A stretch of 58,485 nucleotides of DNA, from NCBI GenBank assembly GCA_964389765.1, contig CAYMES010000002.1, positions 1 through 58,485 on the forward strand. Reading direction: 5' to 3'. The DNA comes from Candidatus Woesearchaeota archaeon. GTDB lineage: Archaea; Nanobdellota; Nanobdellia; Pacearchaeales; GW2011-AR1. The notes below the pieces were generated by a model. It searched no databases. It saw only the letters and a list, made by a program, of their open reading frames with translations, and had not been told where the DNA came from. This document shows, in pieces, positions 46,644 to 56,200 of the stretch (position 1 is its first letter; each line of letters starts with the position of its first letter). A program made the translations under genes and the position numbers.

Positions 46644-47684
46644 TTATTTTTTAAATAATTTATTTATTAATCCTGTTGCTTTTCCAAATCTCTGTTTATA
46701 ATTACCTGAAATAGTTACAAATTCAATTCCATAGTGTTTATACATTTGTTTTAATTTTTCATTGTTTTTTTGTCTTAATTTTTTTTCTCCTGCAAATCTT
46801 ATTCCATCATTTACCCATTTGATATCTGGCTCAAGATAAATAACTAAATCATAATCTTGCATTTTTATAATATTATCTATTAATTCAGATTTTTGCCCTT
46901 TAAAATACATATCTAAATAATATTTAGTTATAACTGCTTCACTATCAACAAATATTAATTTATTGCTTTGTTTTAATTTTTTTTGTTGGAGTAAAAAATG
47001 TTCCATTGCAATTAAATCAAACATATCTCTTGTTAGAAAATTAGAATATTCTTCACAATAATCTCTTCCAACTTCATGAACATAATTTGTATTATAGAAT
47101 TTTGCTAATTGTTTTGTTAATGTTGTTTTTCCGCAGCTTTCTGTTCCTACTATAGCTACTTTTTTAACAAAATATTGTCTTACACAATCTGGAAGTTTTT
47201 CCCAGTTACCATATATGTTTTTCCTTATTTGAGTAGAAGATATATTTATTGTCTTTCTTTTATCATCTATTACAATGTGTTTTGATTTTGGATAGTTTTC
47301 TCTGAAAACTTTTTCATATTTTTTTTCTGAACTAAAGACATAATCTATATCTTCAGGAATTGCTTGTTTAATTTTTTTTGCTCCATCTTTCCAATCATAA
47401 TCTTCTATACCTTTTTCATCTTTTATATGTATAATTTCAATATTATCAAGGTCATTAAACATTTGTCCTAAACATGATAAACGAACTTGAGCTGGAATAT
47501 ACCTAATTCCTTGTTTTTTACATAGTTCTTTATCTCTTTTTTCTGATGAAGTTAATACTACATATAATTTATCTACATGATTAGATGCACTAATAACTAG
47601 ATATGTATGCCCTAAATGTGGAGGAAGGAATTTTCCTCCTACAAATCCTGTTTTTTGTTTATTTGCCATTGTGTTTTTTTTCAA
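46644..47684 (-). CDS. nadR: NadR-like bifunctional NMN adenylyltransferase / ribosylnicotinamide kinase (no HTH)
   Basis: GGKFLPPHLGH (HxGH), ISSTQIR, and Walker A VGTESCGKTTL in the C-terminal half. Confidence 0.85.
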   Translation of the reverse strand: MKKNTMANKQKTGFVGGKFLPPHLGHTYLVISASNHVDKLYVVLTSSEKRDKELCKKQGIRYIPAQVRLSCLGQMFNDLDNIEIIHIKDEKGIEDYDWKDGAKKIKQAIPEDIDYVFSSEKKYEKVFRENYPKSKHIVIDDKRKTINISSTQIRKNIYGNWEKLPDCVRQYFVKKVAIVGTESCGKTTLTKQLAKFYNTNYVHEVGRDYCEEYSNFLTRDMFDLIAMEHFLLQQKKLKQSNKLIFVDSEAVITKYYLDMYFKGQKSELIDNIIKMQDYDLVIYLEPDIKWVNDGIRFAGEKKLRQKNNEKLKQMYKHYGIEFVTISGNYKQRFGKATGLINKLFKK

Positions 47685-48390
47685 GTTTTTTCCAATTTAT
47701 ATAACCATAAACAGCATTAACTAAAAATGCTGACCACATTATTAATACACTTATATCATTTCCACCTGTAAATAAAACATATACCCACATAAAAATTGAA
47801 ATTACATCAATTGTTATCCATAATAGCCATTGTTCTTTTACTCTCCTGACCATTAATATCATTGCTATAACAGACAAGACAGTTGATGCTGAATCTACAA
47901 ATGGAAGAGTTCCTTTTAATAACATTAATATTAAACCATAGCTAAATATTCCTATAATAGATATAGATGCCCATATTCCTTTTTCTTTCCAAGGCATATA
48001 TCTAACTTTTACATCATCTTTTGTTTTGTTTTTGTTAACATGTTTTTTCCAGTAATAAATTCCTACAAATTGCATTGGAAGATAATATATCATGTTTAGC
48101 ATTACTTCTCCAAAATATCTGCTTTGATATGCAACATAAGCATATGCAAGAATATTTACAATCCCAAAATAATAATTGCTTATTCTTCCTTTTGCAACTA
48201 AAACCACACATATCATTCCTGTTAAAGAAGCTGTTAAACCAATCCAGCTATCTTGCCATATAAAAAATAAATATAAATTTATTAGAGTGAAGCTTAATAA
48301 CCATATTTTTTCAAATAATGTCCAGTCTTTTACATATTCTCTTATGAATTTTGCTATTTTCTTTTCTGGTTTTACATATTTAGTTTTCAT
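47659..48390 (-). CDS. pnuC: Nicotinamide riboside transporter PnuC
   Basis: About 7 TM helices, 243 aa, Trp-rich helices typical of PnuC. It overlaps both neighbours. Confidence 0.7.
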   Translation of the reverse strand: MKTKYVKPEKKIAKFIREYVKDWTLFEKIWLLSFTLINLYLFFIWQDSWIGLTASLTGMICVVLVAKGRISNYYFGIVNILAYAYVAYQSRYFGEVMLNMIYYLPMQFVGIYYWKKHVNKNKTKDDVKVRYMPWKEKGIWASISIIGIFSYGLILMLLKGTLPFVDSASTVLSVIAMILMVRRVKEQWLLWITIDVISIFMWVYVLFTGGNDISVLIMWSAFLVNAVYGYINWKKLEKKHNGK

Positions 48391-48806
48391 TTTTTCCTCC
48401 TTGTTTGTTTTATATAATCATCTATTATTTTTTTATGGTCAAATGCAAGTAATGGAAGCTGAGAAATTGGAAACCATCTAACATTTTTAGCATCATCTCC
48501 TGCTTTTGTCCTGCCTTTAAACATGTTTGCAAGATAAACATGGGTTATATAATGTGCTCTTGGATCTCTGTCTGGAGAAGAATATACTCCAAATAACTTT
48601 AAATCCTGTATATTCACTTTTAGTCCTGTTTCTTCTTCTAATTCACGTTTAGCAGATTGTTCAAGAGTTTCTTTTCCATAATCAATGTGTCCTCCAGGAA
48701 GAGCCCATCTATCTTTAAAGGGTTCATATCCTCTTTGTATTAAGAGTATTTTTTCTTGTTTCCTTATTATTATGTCAGCTGTTGAGCACGGATTTTTATA
48801 TTGCAT
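48387..48806 (-). CDS. Nudix hydrolase (ADP-ribose pyrophosphatase-like)
   Basis: WALPGGHIDYGKETLEQSAKRELEEETG and ..LAFDHKKII, closely resembling the Nudix half of the NrtR at 42547-43218. Confidence 0.7.
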   Translation of the reverse strand: MQYKNPCSTADIIIRKQEKILLIQRGYEPFKDRWALPGGHIDYGKETLEQSAKRELEEETGLKVNIQDLKLFGVYSSPDRDPRAHYITHVYLANMFKGRTKAGDDAKNVRWFPISQLPLLAFDHKKIIDDYIKQTRRKK

Positions 48807-48808
48807 TT

Positions 48809-49528
48809 TTATCTCCTTATTTTAAATATTGGAGGTATGTTTTTTTTATGTTCAGAACCTTTTCTTAGTTTCTGAACCTTATCATAGATTTCCCCATTGT
48901 TTATTTTTTGTTTTAAAACATCATCTATTTGTTGATAAGTTATTCCTAATTCATCTTCATCTGTTTGTCCTTGCCAAAGTCCTGCACTTGGTTTTTTGTT
49001 TATTATTTGTTTTGGGAGTGCAAGAAGATTGGCAATTTCATAAACTTCTGTTTTATAGATGTTTCCTATTGGTTCTATATCTACACCACCATCTCCATAT
49101 TTGGTGAAATATCCAATCTCTATTTCTGATTTATTTCCAGTTCCAATAACCATTCCATCAATAGAATTTGCTACACCATAAAGTAGCTTCATTCTTTCTC
49201 TTGCCATTAAGTTTCCTTTAGTTATTTTATCAATTTCTTTGTCAAGTACTTGTTCAAGTTTTCTAATATTGTTGTCTACTACTTTTCCAATGTTTATTTC
49301 TCTTGAATTGATTTCTAAATTATCAATAACTAATTGTGCATCAGATGTATCTTGATTTTTATAAGGCATTGAAATTCCCCAGACATTTTGTTTTCCTATT
49401 GCTCTTACAGCTAATGCTGCTACAACAGTTGAATCAATTCCTCCAGAGATTCCTATAACTGCTTTTTTATTTCCAAGATATTCTTTTAACTGGATTTCAA
49501 TATCTTTTATGATTTTTTGATAGTTCAT
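48809..49528 (-). CDS. nadE: NH3-dependent NAD+ synthetase
   Basis: PP-loop GISGGIDSTVVAAL and the GTGNKSEIEIGYFTKYGDGG block. Confidence 0.9.
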   Translation of the reverse strand: MNYQKIIKDIEIQLKEYLGNKKAVIGISGGIDSTVVAALAVRAIGKQNVWGISMPYKNQDTSDAQLVIDNLEINSREINIGKVVDNNIRKLEQVLDKEIDKITKGNLMARERMKLLYGVANSIDGMVIGTGNKSEIEIGYFTKYGDGGVDIEPIGNIYKTEVYEIANLLALPKQIINKKPSAGLWQGQTDEDELGITYQQIDDVLKQKINNGEIYDKVQKLRKGSEHKKNIPPIFKIRR

Positions 49529-50331
49529 TTTTCTTCTACAATATTTAGTATCCTTGTTTTTAATTCTAAGTCAACATTATTTGACAGATATCTTCCATTT
49601 GATTTTTTGAAAGTTACATATGGTTCTTGCAATCCTGCTGAAACTGTTAAAACATCATACATAGCTATTTTGTCTCTTTGTTTGTTTCTTTTTGTATAAT
49701 CTAGCCAGTTTATTGCAGATTCATATAAAAAATTTCCAAGAGGATTTCCTTTAAATTGTTGTAATTCTTTTTTTGTAAATGAAATTTTAAATGAATCTTG
49801 TTTTCTTATTAGATATTTCTTCCATTTTTGTTCTAAGACTTTTTCAGCAGATATTTTATCAACTTTAAAATTATGAGAACTTTCTAAAGCACCCATAAAA
49901 TACATCTGGGTGATGTTTCTTATGCTTGGATTTTGCTCAAGTTGTAAAGCTATATTTGTTAGTGGGCCTATACAAATTAAATCTGTATTTTCATAATCTA
50001 GGTTTTTTAAAGAGCAATGGCTATCTAATGTTTGTGTTATTTCTTGTGATGTTAGAGCTTTTTGCTCAATTCCTGTCCAATATTTTTGGATATTAGGTGA
50101 AGTTAGTGTTCTTTTTTCACCAGCAATTACTTTTATTCCTTGATTTTGTTTGTTCATAAGTTTGATTATTTTTCTTGCTATTTTTGCTCTTATTTTTGTA
50201 TCTCCATGTACAGTTGTTATTGCTTTGATTTTTTCTGGATGATATTTTAAAGCATAAGCTATTGCAAATACATCATCACAATCTGTACCTATGTCTGTAT
50301 CTATTATTTTATTTTTCATTTTACATAGCAT
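49525..50331 (-). CDS. Nucleoside hydrolase (IUNH family)
   Basis: N-terminal IIDTDIGTDCDDVFAI (DxDxxxDD Ca/ribose motif). Confidence 0.7.
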   Translation of the reverse strand: MLCKMKNKIIDTDIGTDCDDVFAIAYALKYHPEKIKAITTVHGDTKIRAKIARKIIKLMNKQNQGIKVIAGEKRTLTSPNIQKYWTGIEQKALTSQEITQTLDSHCSLKNLDYENTDLICIGPLTNIALQLEQNPSIRNITQMYFMGALESSHNFKVDKISAEKVLEQKWKKYLIRKQDSFKISFTKKELQQFKGNPLGNFLYESAINWLDYTKRNKQRDKIAMYDVLTVSAGLQEPYVTFKKSNGRYLSNNVDLELKTRILNIVEEK

Positions 50332-50373
50332 GAGCTAGATATTTAATTTTGTTTTCATTTTAATTAATTTTAT

Positions 50374-51018
50374 TTAAATTTTTGAAGGAATTGGTTTTTC
50401 TTCTAATATTTTTCCTATATCTTTTGTTTTAGTTAATTTTGCCCCTAGTTTTCTCCAATTATTAAATGGTAAAGGAAGATTTGGCAGTTCTTTTATTGCA
50501 TCTGTTGGAATGTAAACTTTAATACCTTTTTTAAGCAACCCCTTTACTGCAAAATCTACACAGACATTTGTAGCTACTCCATATACTACTGCTCTATCTG
50601 GATTAATTGCTTCTAAGATTTTTTCTGTTTTATAATTGCCTGAAAATACATCAAATTTATCTTTGTAAATTACAATATTTCTTTCTTCTCTAATTTCGTC
50701 TAAATCTAATTCATTATCCTCCCAGTGAACTTTGTAGGGATTTACAGGACTGGTAATAGGTATAAATTCTGCTCCCCTTGTATATTCTAAACAATGAGGG
50801 GGAAATGTTTTTTTAAAATCAGGATTATCTGATAATTCTTCTGAATTTCTCTTATGCCAGTCTGCTGTATTGATTACTTTTAATCTTTTTATTTTTGCTA
50901 TATGAGTTAGTTTTTCTAAATTTCTTTCTATTTCTTTTGCTCCTGGAACAGGCAAGGCTCCTTTATCATTTCTCATAAAATCATATTGTGTGTCTACATT
51001 CCAAAATATTGTTTCCAT
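50374..51018 (-). CDS. pncA: Nicotinamidase (isochorismatase family)
   Basis: WNVDTQYDF, ADWH, and VYGVATNVCV (catalytic Cys context). Confidence 0.8.
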   Translation of the reverse strand: METIFWNVDTQYDFMRNDKGALPVPGAKEIERNLEKLTHIAKIKRLKVINTADWHKRNSEELSDNPDFKKTFPPHCLEYTRGAEFIPITSPVNPYKVHWEDNELDLDEIREERNIVIYKDKFDVFSGNYKTEKILEAINPDRAVVYGVATNVCVDFAVKGLLKKGIKVYIPTDAIKELPNLPLPFNNWRKLGAKLTKTKDIGKILEEKPIPSKI

Positions 51019-51020
51019 TT

Positions 51021-52292
51021 TTATCTGCCTCCTAATCTTAATTCTAATTTATTATTGCTTCTATAATTTCTTCCTATTTTAGAGATTGCTTGCATATGGA
51101 TTGGATCTGGTCCTACAGCTATTATATCCATTGTTGCCATTTTAGCTGGATAGATTCCTCCTACTCCAAAAGCTCCGCATAATCTTCCTTCTAGTCCAAG
51201 TATTTTTTCAGCCCTCATAAATGCTTCAACTTTTTTTGGATTGCCAAAACCACTTGTTAAAAATATCTTTACATCTTGAAAACCTGCATTATCTAAACCT
51301 TTTCTAACTGCATATGCTCCTGTAACTGTAACTCCATTTCCAAACCAGTATTTTTTATCTTCTTGAGGAATTTTTATATTTCTTCCTATTAAATCATCTA
51401 AAGCATTTTTGTCAGGAGTAGAAAGTGCTCCCTGACAGATGTTTTCTCCACATGTATCAATTCTTACTCCATAAAGAGTGCTTCCTTGTTGTTCTAGAGC
51501 TTTAGCAGTTTCAACTGCATCATCTACTTCTTTATTTGCGTAGTCTATTAAAGCAATTCTTGGAATAGCTTCGTCCATATGTTTGTCAAATGCTTTTGTT
51601 GATTCTACAACTGCTTTATTATATCCATATCTCCAAGCATAGACATTTTCTGATGCATGAGGAATTGTTCCCATTCCTTTTAATCCTGCAGTTGCTGCTC
51701 CTATATCTGTTGAAGTAGATTTAGCTCCTGCTTCAAATGCAGCTTGTGTTATAGCAGCATCTAAATCCCATCTCCAATGGCGTGCTCCAAAATAAGAGAC
51801 AGGCCTATCTTGAGCAGCTTCTACAACTAGTTGCATTTGTTTTTTTACATCATCTAAATGATTAGCTACATCATAATTGTCATTTATTTTTGTAGTTTCA
51901 GCTGTTAAAACTCCAAGATACATTGTTTCTAATTCAACAATATCCTGGACAGGAGCTGTAATTAAAGCTTGAGTATCTTTTGGAGCATAAAATTTTCCTT
52001 CTTGCAGAGCTTTTACATTTCCTTTATGTTCAACTAAAGAGGTATATTTATCTAAAATTGCAAGAGCTTCATCAATTCCATAAGTTTTTCCTGGACCTTT
52101 TCTTATAAAAACCTGTCCAATTACCCATGGATTTAAGTTTTCTGCTTTTAATATCTGATTTGCTCTTAAAAAATATTTGTCAATATATGGTTGATGATTT
52201 TCTGGTAATTGATAGATTTGTTGCCATACTTGTCTATTTTCTTTAATTGCATCTTGAGTTTTTTGTTTTTCTTGTTGAATTTGTGTTTGCAT
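51021..52292 (-). CDS. pncB: Nicotinate phosphoribosyltransferase-family enzyme
   Basis: 423 aa with GTIPHA and YGVRIDTCGE (type II PRTase barrel motifs). It is the first gene of the NAD cluster. Confidence 0.7.
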   Translation of the reverse strand: MQTQIQQEKQKTQDAIKENRQVWQQIYQLPENHQPYIDKYFLRANQILKAENLNPWVIGQVFIRKGPGKTYGIDEALAILDKYTSLVEHKGNVKALQEGKFYAPKDTQALITAPVQDIVELETMYLGVLTAETTKINDNYDVANHLDDVKKQMQLVVEAAQDRPVSYFGARHWRWDLDAAITQAAFEAGAKSTSTDIGAATAGLKGMGTIPHASENVYAWRYGYNKAVVESTKAFDKHMDEAIPRIALIDYANKEVDDAVETAKALEQQGSTLYGVRIDTCGENICQGALSTPDKNALDDLIGRNIKIPQEDKKYWFGNGVTVTGAYAVRKGLDNAGFQDVKIFLTSGFGNPKKVEAFMRAEKILGLEGRLCGAFGVGGIYPAKMATMDIIAVGPDPIHMQAISKIGRNYRSNNKLELRLGGR

Positions 52293-52333
52293 TTTTTGAA
52301 TTTTTTAATTTATTTTATTGTTTTTCTTAACAT

Positions 52334-52350
52334 AGTGTATATTTTACACT
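52334..52350. promoter_or_regulatory. Candidate NrtR operator (AGTGTA-N5-TACACT palindrome)
   Basis: agtgtatattttacact lies 42-58 nt upstream of the pncB ATG and abuts the TATA-like ctttataaag. Confidence 0.4.
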
Positions 52351-52492
52351 TTATAAAGATTATTGTAGTGCAGTATACATATTGTTGTTAATACACTAAG
52401 TATTTATATTTTCAACGATAATCTAAGTTTGAAGTGACACTTAGTTTAATTGAATTTCATGATTTTTTGATTTTTGAAATTTTATATGTGAT

Positions 52493-53125
52493 TTATTTAG
52501 GAATATCTGGAAAAAGATGTTCTAGAAGATATGGCATTTCATCTTTCCAAACATCCCAGATTTTAACCATGTTTTTTCTTATAATTTTAGGTATTTGTTG
52601 ATTAATATATGCAATATCCATTAATTGTAATGAAACATCACCTATAGCAGAATACATTTTTGCTAATCCATTTATATTTCCATACACTTCAATAGCAGCA
52701 TCATTAATTTCTTTGTCAGTTAGTTCTCTAGGTGTAATTTCATCTGATTTCTGTCTAACTTTATTAACAAAATCCCCTATTTTCTCTGAAACTTTTATTA
52801 ATGGTTCAATATATTCATTACGAACACCTTCTGGAATATTATCAATAGTTTCACCTTCTATTTTAGATCCTTCTATAAGTGCTTCAAGAGAAGCATATCC
52901 TTCACTAAAATAAGTTCCTGCTTTGTTTAGTTGAGCTTTCCTACTAAAAAATTGTGGAAATATTATATTGAAGATGACCAGTGTACTAAAATCTCTTTTT
53001 TCAATTAATTTTTCAGTTACTCTTTTATTTAATTCTTGTTCTAATTTAGGATTGAAGTTTTCTTTAATTTTATTTATGTACTATTTATCTAGTCTTTGTA
53101 AAACATATTCTCTTGATGCAACCAT
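52493..53125 (-). pseudogene. Hypothetical gene interrupted by an in-frame TAG at codon 15
   Basis: ATG at 53125 with one continuous 211-codon frame, broken only by TAG at 53081-53083. There is no ATG/GTG/TTG for about 130 codons after it. Confidence 0.5.
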
Positions 53126-53209
53126 GATATTTAATTCCAGGACTTTATATATAAACTTTTCTATTAATTTACTACTATGAAATTAATATAAAATAGATTA
53201 TAACAAGAA

Positions 53210-56200
53210 TTAAAATAATTTCTTTTGTCTGCTTCCTTGAACAATTTCTTCTATAATTTCTTCAACATTTACATTAAAAACTTTGAAGATATTTTCAACA
53301 GCAGGTTTTATTTGATTGTTTAAATAATAAGAGATATCATATCTACCTTTTTCATTTGGAAGTTTTACTCTTTCTCTTACTAATTGTTTTGTTTTGCTTT
53401 TTCCATTTTTTGTTTCTGCAACATAATATTCTATTAAATCTCCTTGTTCTGCTCCTATTCCTTGTTCTTCCATTTTTAAAGCAGCTATAACATGAGGACC
53501 TTTAGCTATATATTCAGAAAGAGGTTTTTTTAACTGTGTTTTAATAATTAATTGTTTTTTTTCTATATTTTTATTTTTTACTTTTTTAATAGTTTTTTTT
53601 AGATATTTAAGAGCAGATTTTTCATTTCCATTTTTTAAAATAAGTTCTAGAACTTTATTTTGTAATTCACGAGCAAGATTACACCAGTCTCTTCTTACTG
53701 TTTCAAATCCCCTTACTTTTAATTGTTTGTTATAATCAATTAAAGCATATTTTTTCTTTGCTCCTGTTGAAACAGTTCTTTTTGAAACAAATAATCCTCT
53801 TTTATAAAAATCTTCTAATTCAAGTTCCATTATTCCAGGCAACTTAGAGTTTAGTTTATTTAAAAATTCAAGAGTTTGTTTTTGAGTTTTGTTATTTAAG
53901 AGAAACGCGATTGAGTCTGTGTTATGAACTAAGACATAGTTAGCAAAGAATCTATGATTATCTCTAACCTCAATATCATAAATGTAATTAGGAGTTTTTA
54001 TTTTTTCAATATTTTTAACATTTTGTATATCAAATTCAAATTGATTTACTATACTTTTTTTCAAACTTTTTGAAGTTACTTGTGCTCTTTTATTTTTTCT
54101 TTCTAATAAAAATCCAATTTTTTCTGCAAATGCTTCTTTATTTTTTACTATTATATTTTTCGAATAACTATCAGAGCTATAAATTCTATCTTTAGTTTTA
54201 TAAGTGTTTTTAGTATTTTCTTTAAATACAGAATGAGAAATTCCTATCCGATATAGTAGTTTCCTAGCTTCTTTAATATAATCTTCTCTAACTGAGGTAT
54301 ATTTAATTATTGGAGCTCCTCCTCTTAACATCACACATCCATTAGCTGAAAATAATCCTCTAAGGAATGAAGCAATATTTTCTTCTTTTTCATAAAATAA
54401 CCATCTAGGAATAATCTTTTTTTTGCTTTTCCTACAGTTATTAAAAACCAAATTCACTAGTTTAAGCCCATTAACTACAATATCTCCTTTTTCTCTTTCC
54501 CATATATTTTTAATATAACCTTTTTTTTGTAAAGGAGTTATTAACTTGTTTTTTAATTCTTTAGTGTCTTTTCCTGCAGAAATCCTTAAATAATAATTCT
54601 TGCCATATTTATTAGGCATAAAACTTCCATCACCAATAAAATAACCTAAGAATTCATATATCTCTTTTGGATACTTTTTCTCTTTAGAATTTTCACAATT
54701 AATTTTTTTTAATGTGATTATACTATTTGCTTTTTCCTTTACCTCTCCAGGTTTTATTTCAATGAGCCTCTTAATTGGATTTTGTTTTTTTTCATTACTT
54801 TGATTGTGTTTTGTGGATTGATAACCAATTAAAGAGTGATCTTCAGTAACATCAATATACCAATGATTTGTGAACCAAACCCTATAAATTTTTTTATTGC
54901 ATTTATGCCTCATTACATAAACAATTGGTTTAAACACAGAATTTCCCTCCTTATCAATAGTTAGCACCTCAATATTCTTTTTAAAATTATATTCTTTTCC
55001 AAGTCCTGTTTTTTTATCTATCCTTTCAAAAATTTTTTCAATTTCTTCTTCATATACATTGCCTTTTTTTCTAATAAAGATTTTTGTTTTTCCATCAATA
55101 CTGTCAGAATATATAATTTCATAACCTTGTTTTTTTATATTTTCAATTGCATTTAGTATGTTTTCTTTTGCTAATTTAGCAGTAGATGCAGCTGCCTCTC
55201 TGCAATAATATCTTGCTCCAAAATATCCTTGATATCCATAAGCTGCATTTGCTAATAATTTATAAGCATTGCTTCTTGCTTTTGTTATTGGATTTTTATT
55301 TTTATTATATTGTCTTTTATATTGTTTTCTTAAATTAATTATTTCTTTTAACATTTTAGGAAAAAATCCTTGTTTTTTTGAGAAATAAACATTTCCTTCT
55401 TTGTCTAGATTTACTTTAATGATATCTTTATTTTTTAATGTAGATTTATTTTCTATTAGTGTGGAAAGAGATAAATTATATGATACAATAACAGAAGCAT
55501 ACATTGATGTGAAATCAAACATCCCAATATTTTCATATAATCCAGGCAAGGGTTGGAAGACAAATGCTCCTTCATATTTTCCTTTTGCTCTTCTTTTGCC
55601 TATTTCATCGTGAAGAGGACGTTTTTCTGCAATTTCATTATAAAGATGCAAGTTATGTAAGATATAATCTTCTACATGTGCTGACATGCTGTTTCTTGTA
55701 ATTCTGAAAATTGGTTCTTGGATAATATTGGTAAATTCTTGTATATCTGGCCATGTTTTTTTAAATAACAAGTAAGTTAGTTTTGAATCTTGTAAATTAT
55801 ATTTAAAGAAATCTTTCCAGTCATTTTTATCTAGATATTCTAATTTTGAAAAATCAAAATCATGTTTTTTCTCTCCCAATAATTCAGAAGCTATATCATT
55901 TAATCCAAGAGTCTCGCTCTGGAGGTATTGAGAATAAACTGATTCTATAAATCTATAAATGTCTATATGAATTATGCCAGTTATTTTTCCTTTACTTAAT
56001 CTTCCTTTTGAAAATATTGGTTGGCTGTTGTCTAAACCAATATCTAATTTAATGTTGTTATTTTCAGCTGCTGCTCTTAGATATGGTAAGTCAAATCCAT
56101 CTGAAAAATAACCAACTAAAAAATCTGGGTCATAGTCTTTTACATATTTTACAAATTGTTTTAACATTTGTCTTTCACTTGGAAAACTTTGTACAAAATC

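Noticed and set aside
43382-49699. Plus-strand ORFs within the NAD cluster (43382-43615, 43489-43737, 44189-44398, 45773-46063, 48075-48263, 48176-48481, 48829-49107, 49517-49699)
   Set aside because: They are antisense to genes with clear catalytic motifs.
52209-53180. Plus-strand ORFs 52209-52391, 52713-52913 and 52968-53180
   Set aside because: The first overlaps the pncB start and leader. The other two are antisense to the TAG-interrupted 210-aa frame, which is far longer and more protein-like.
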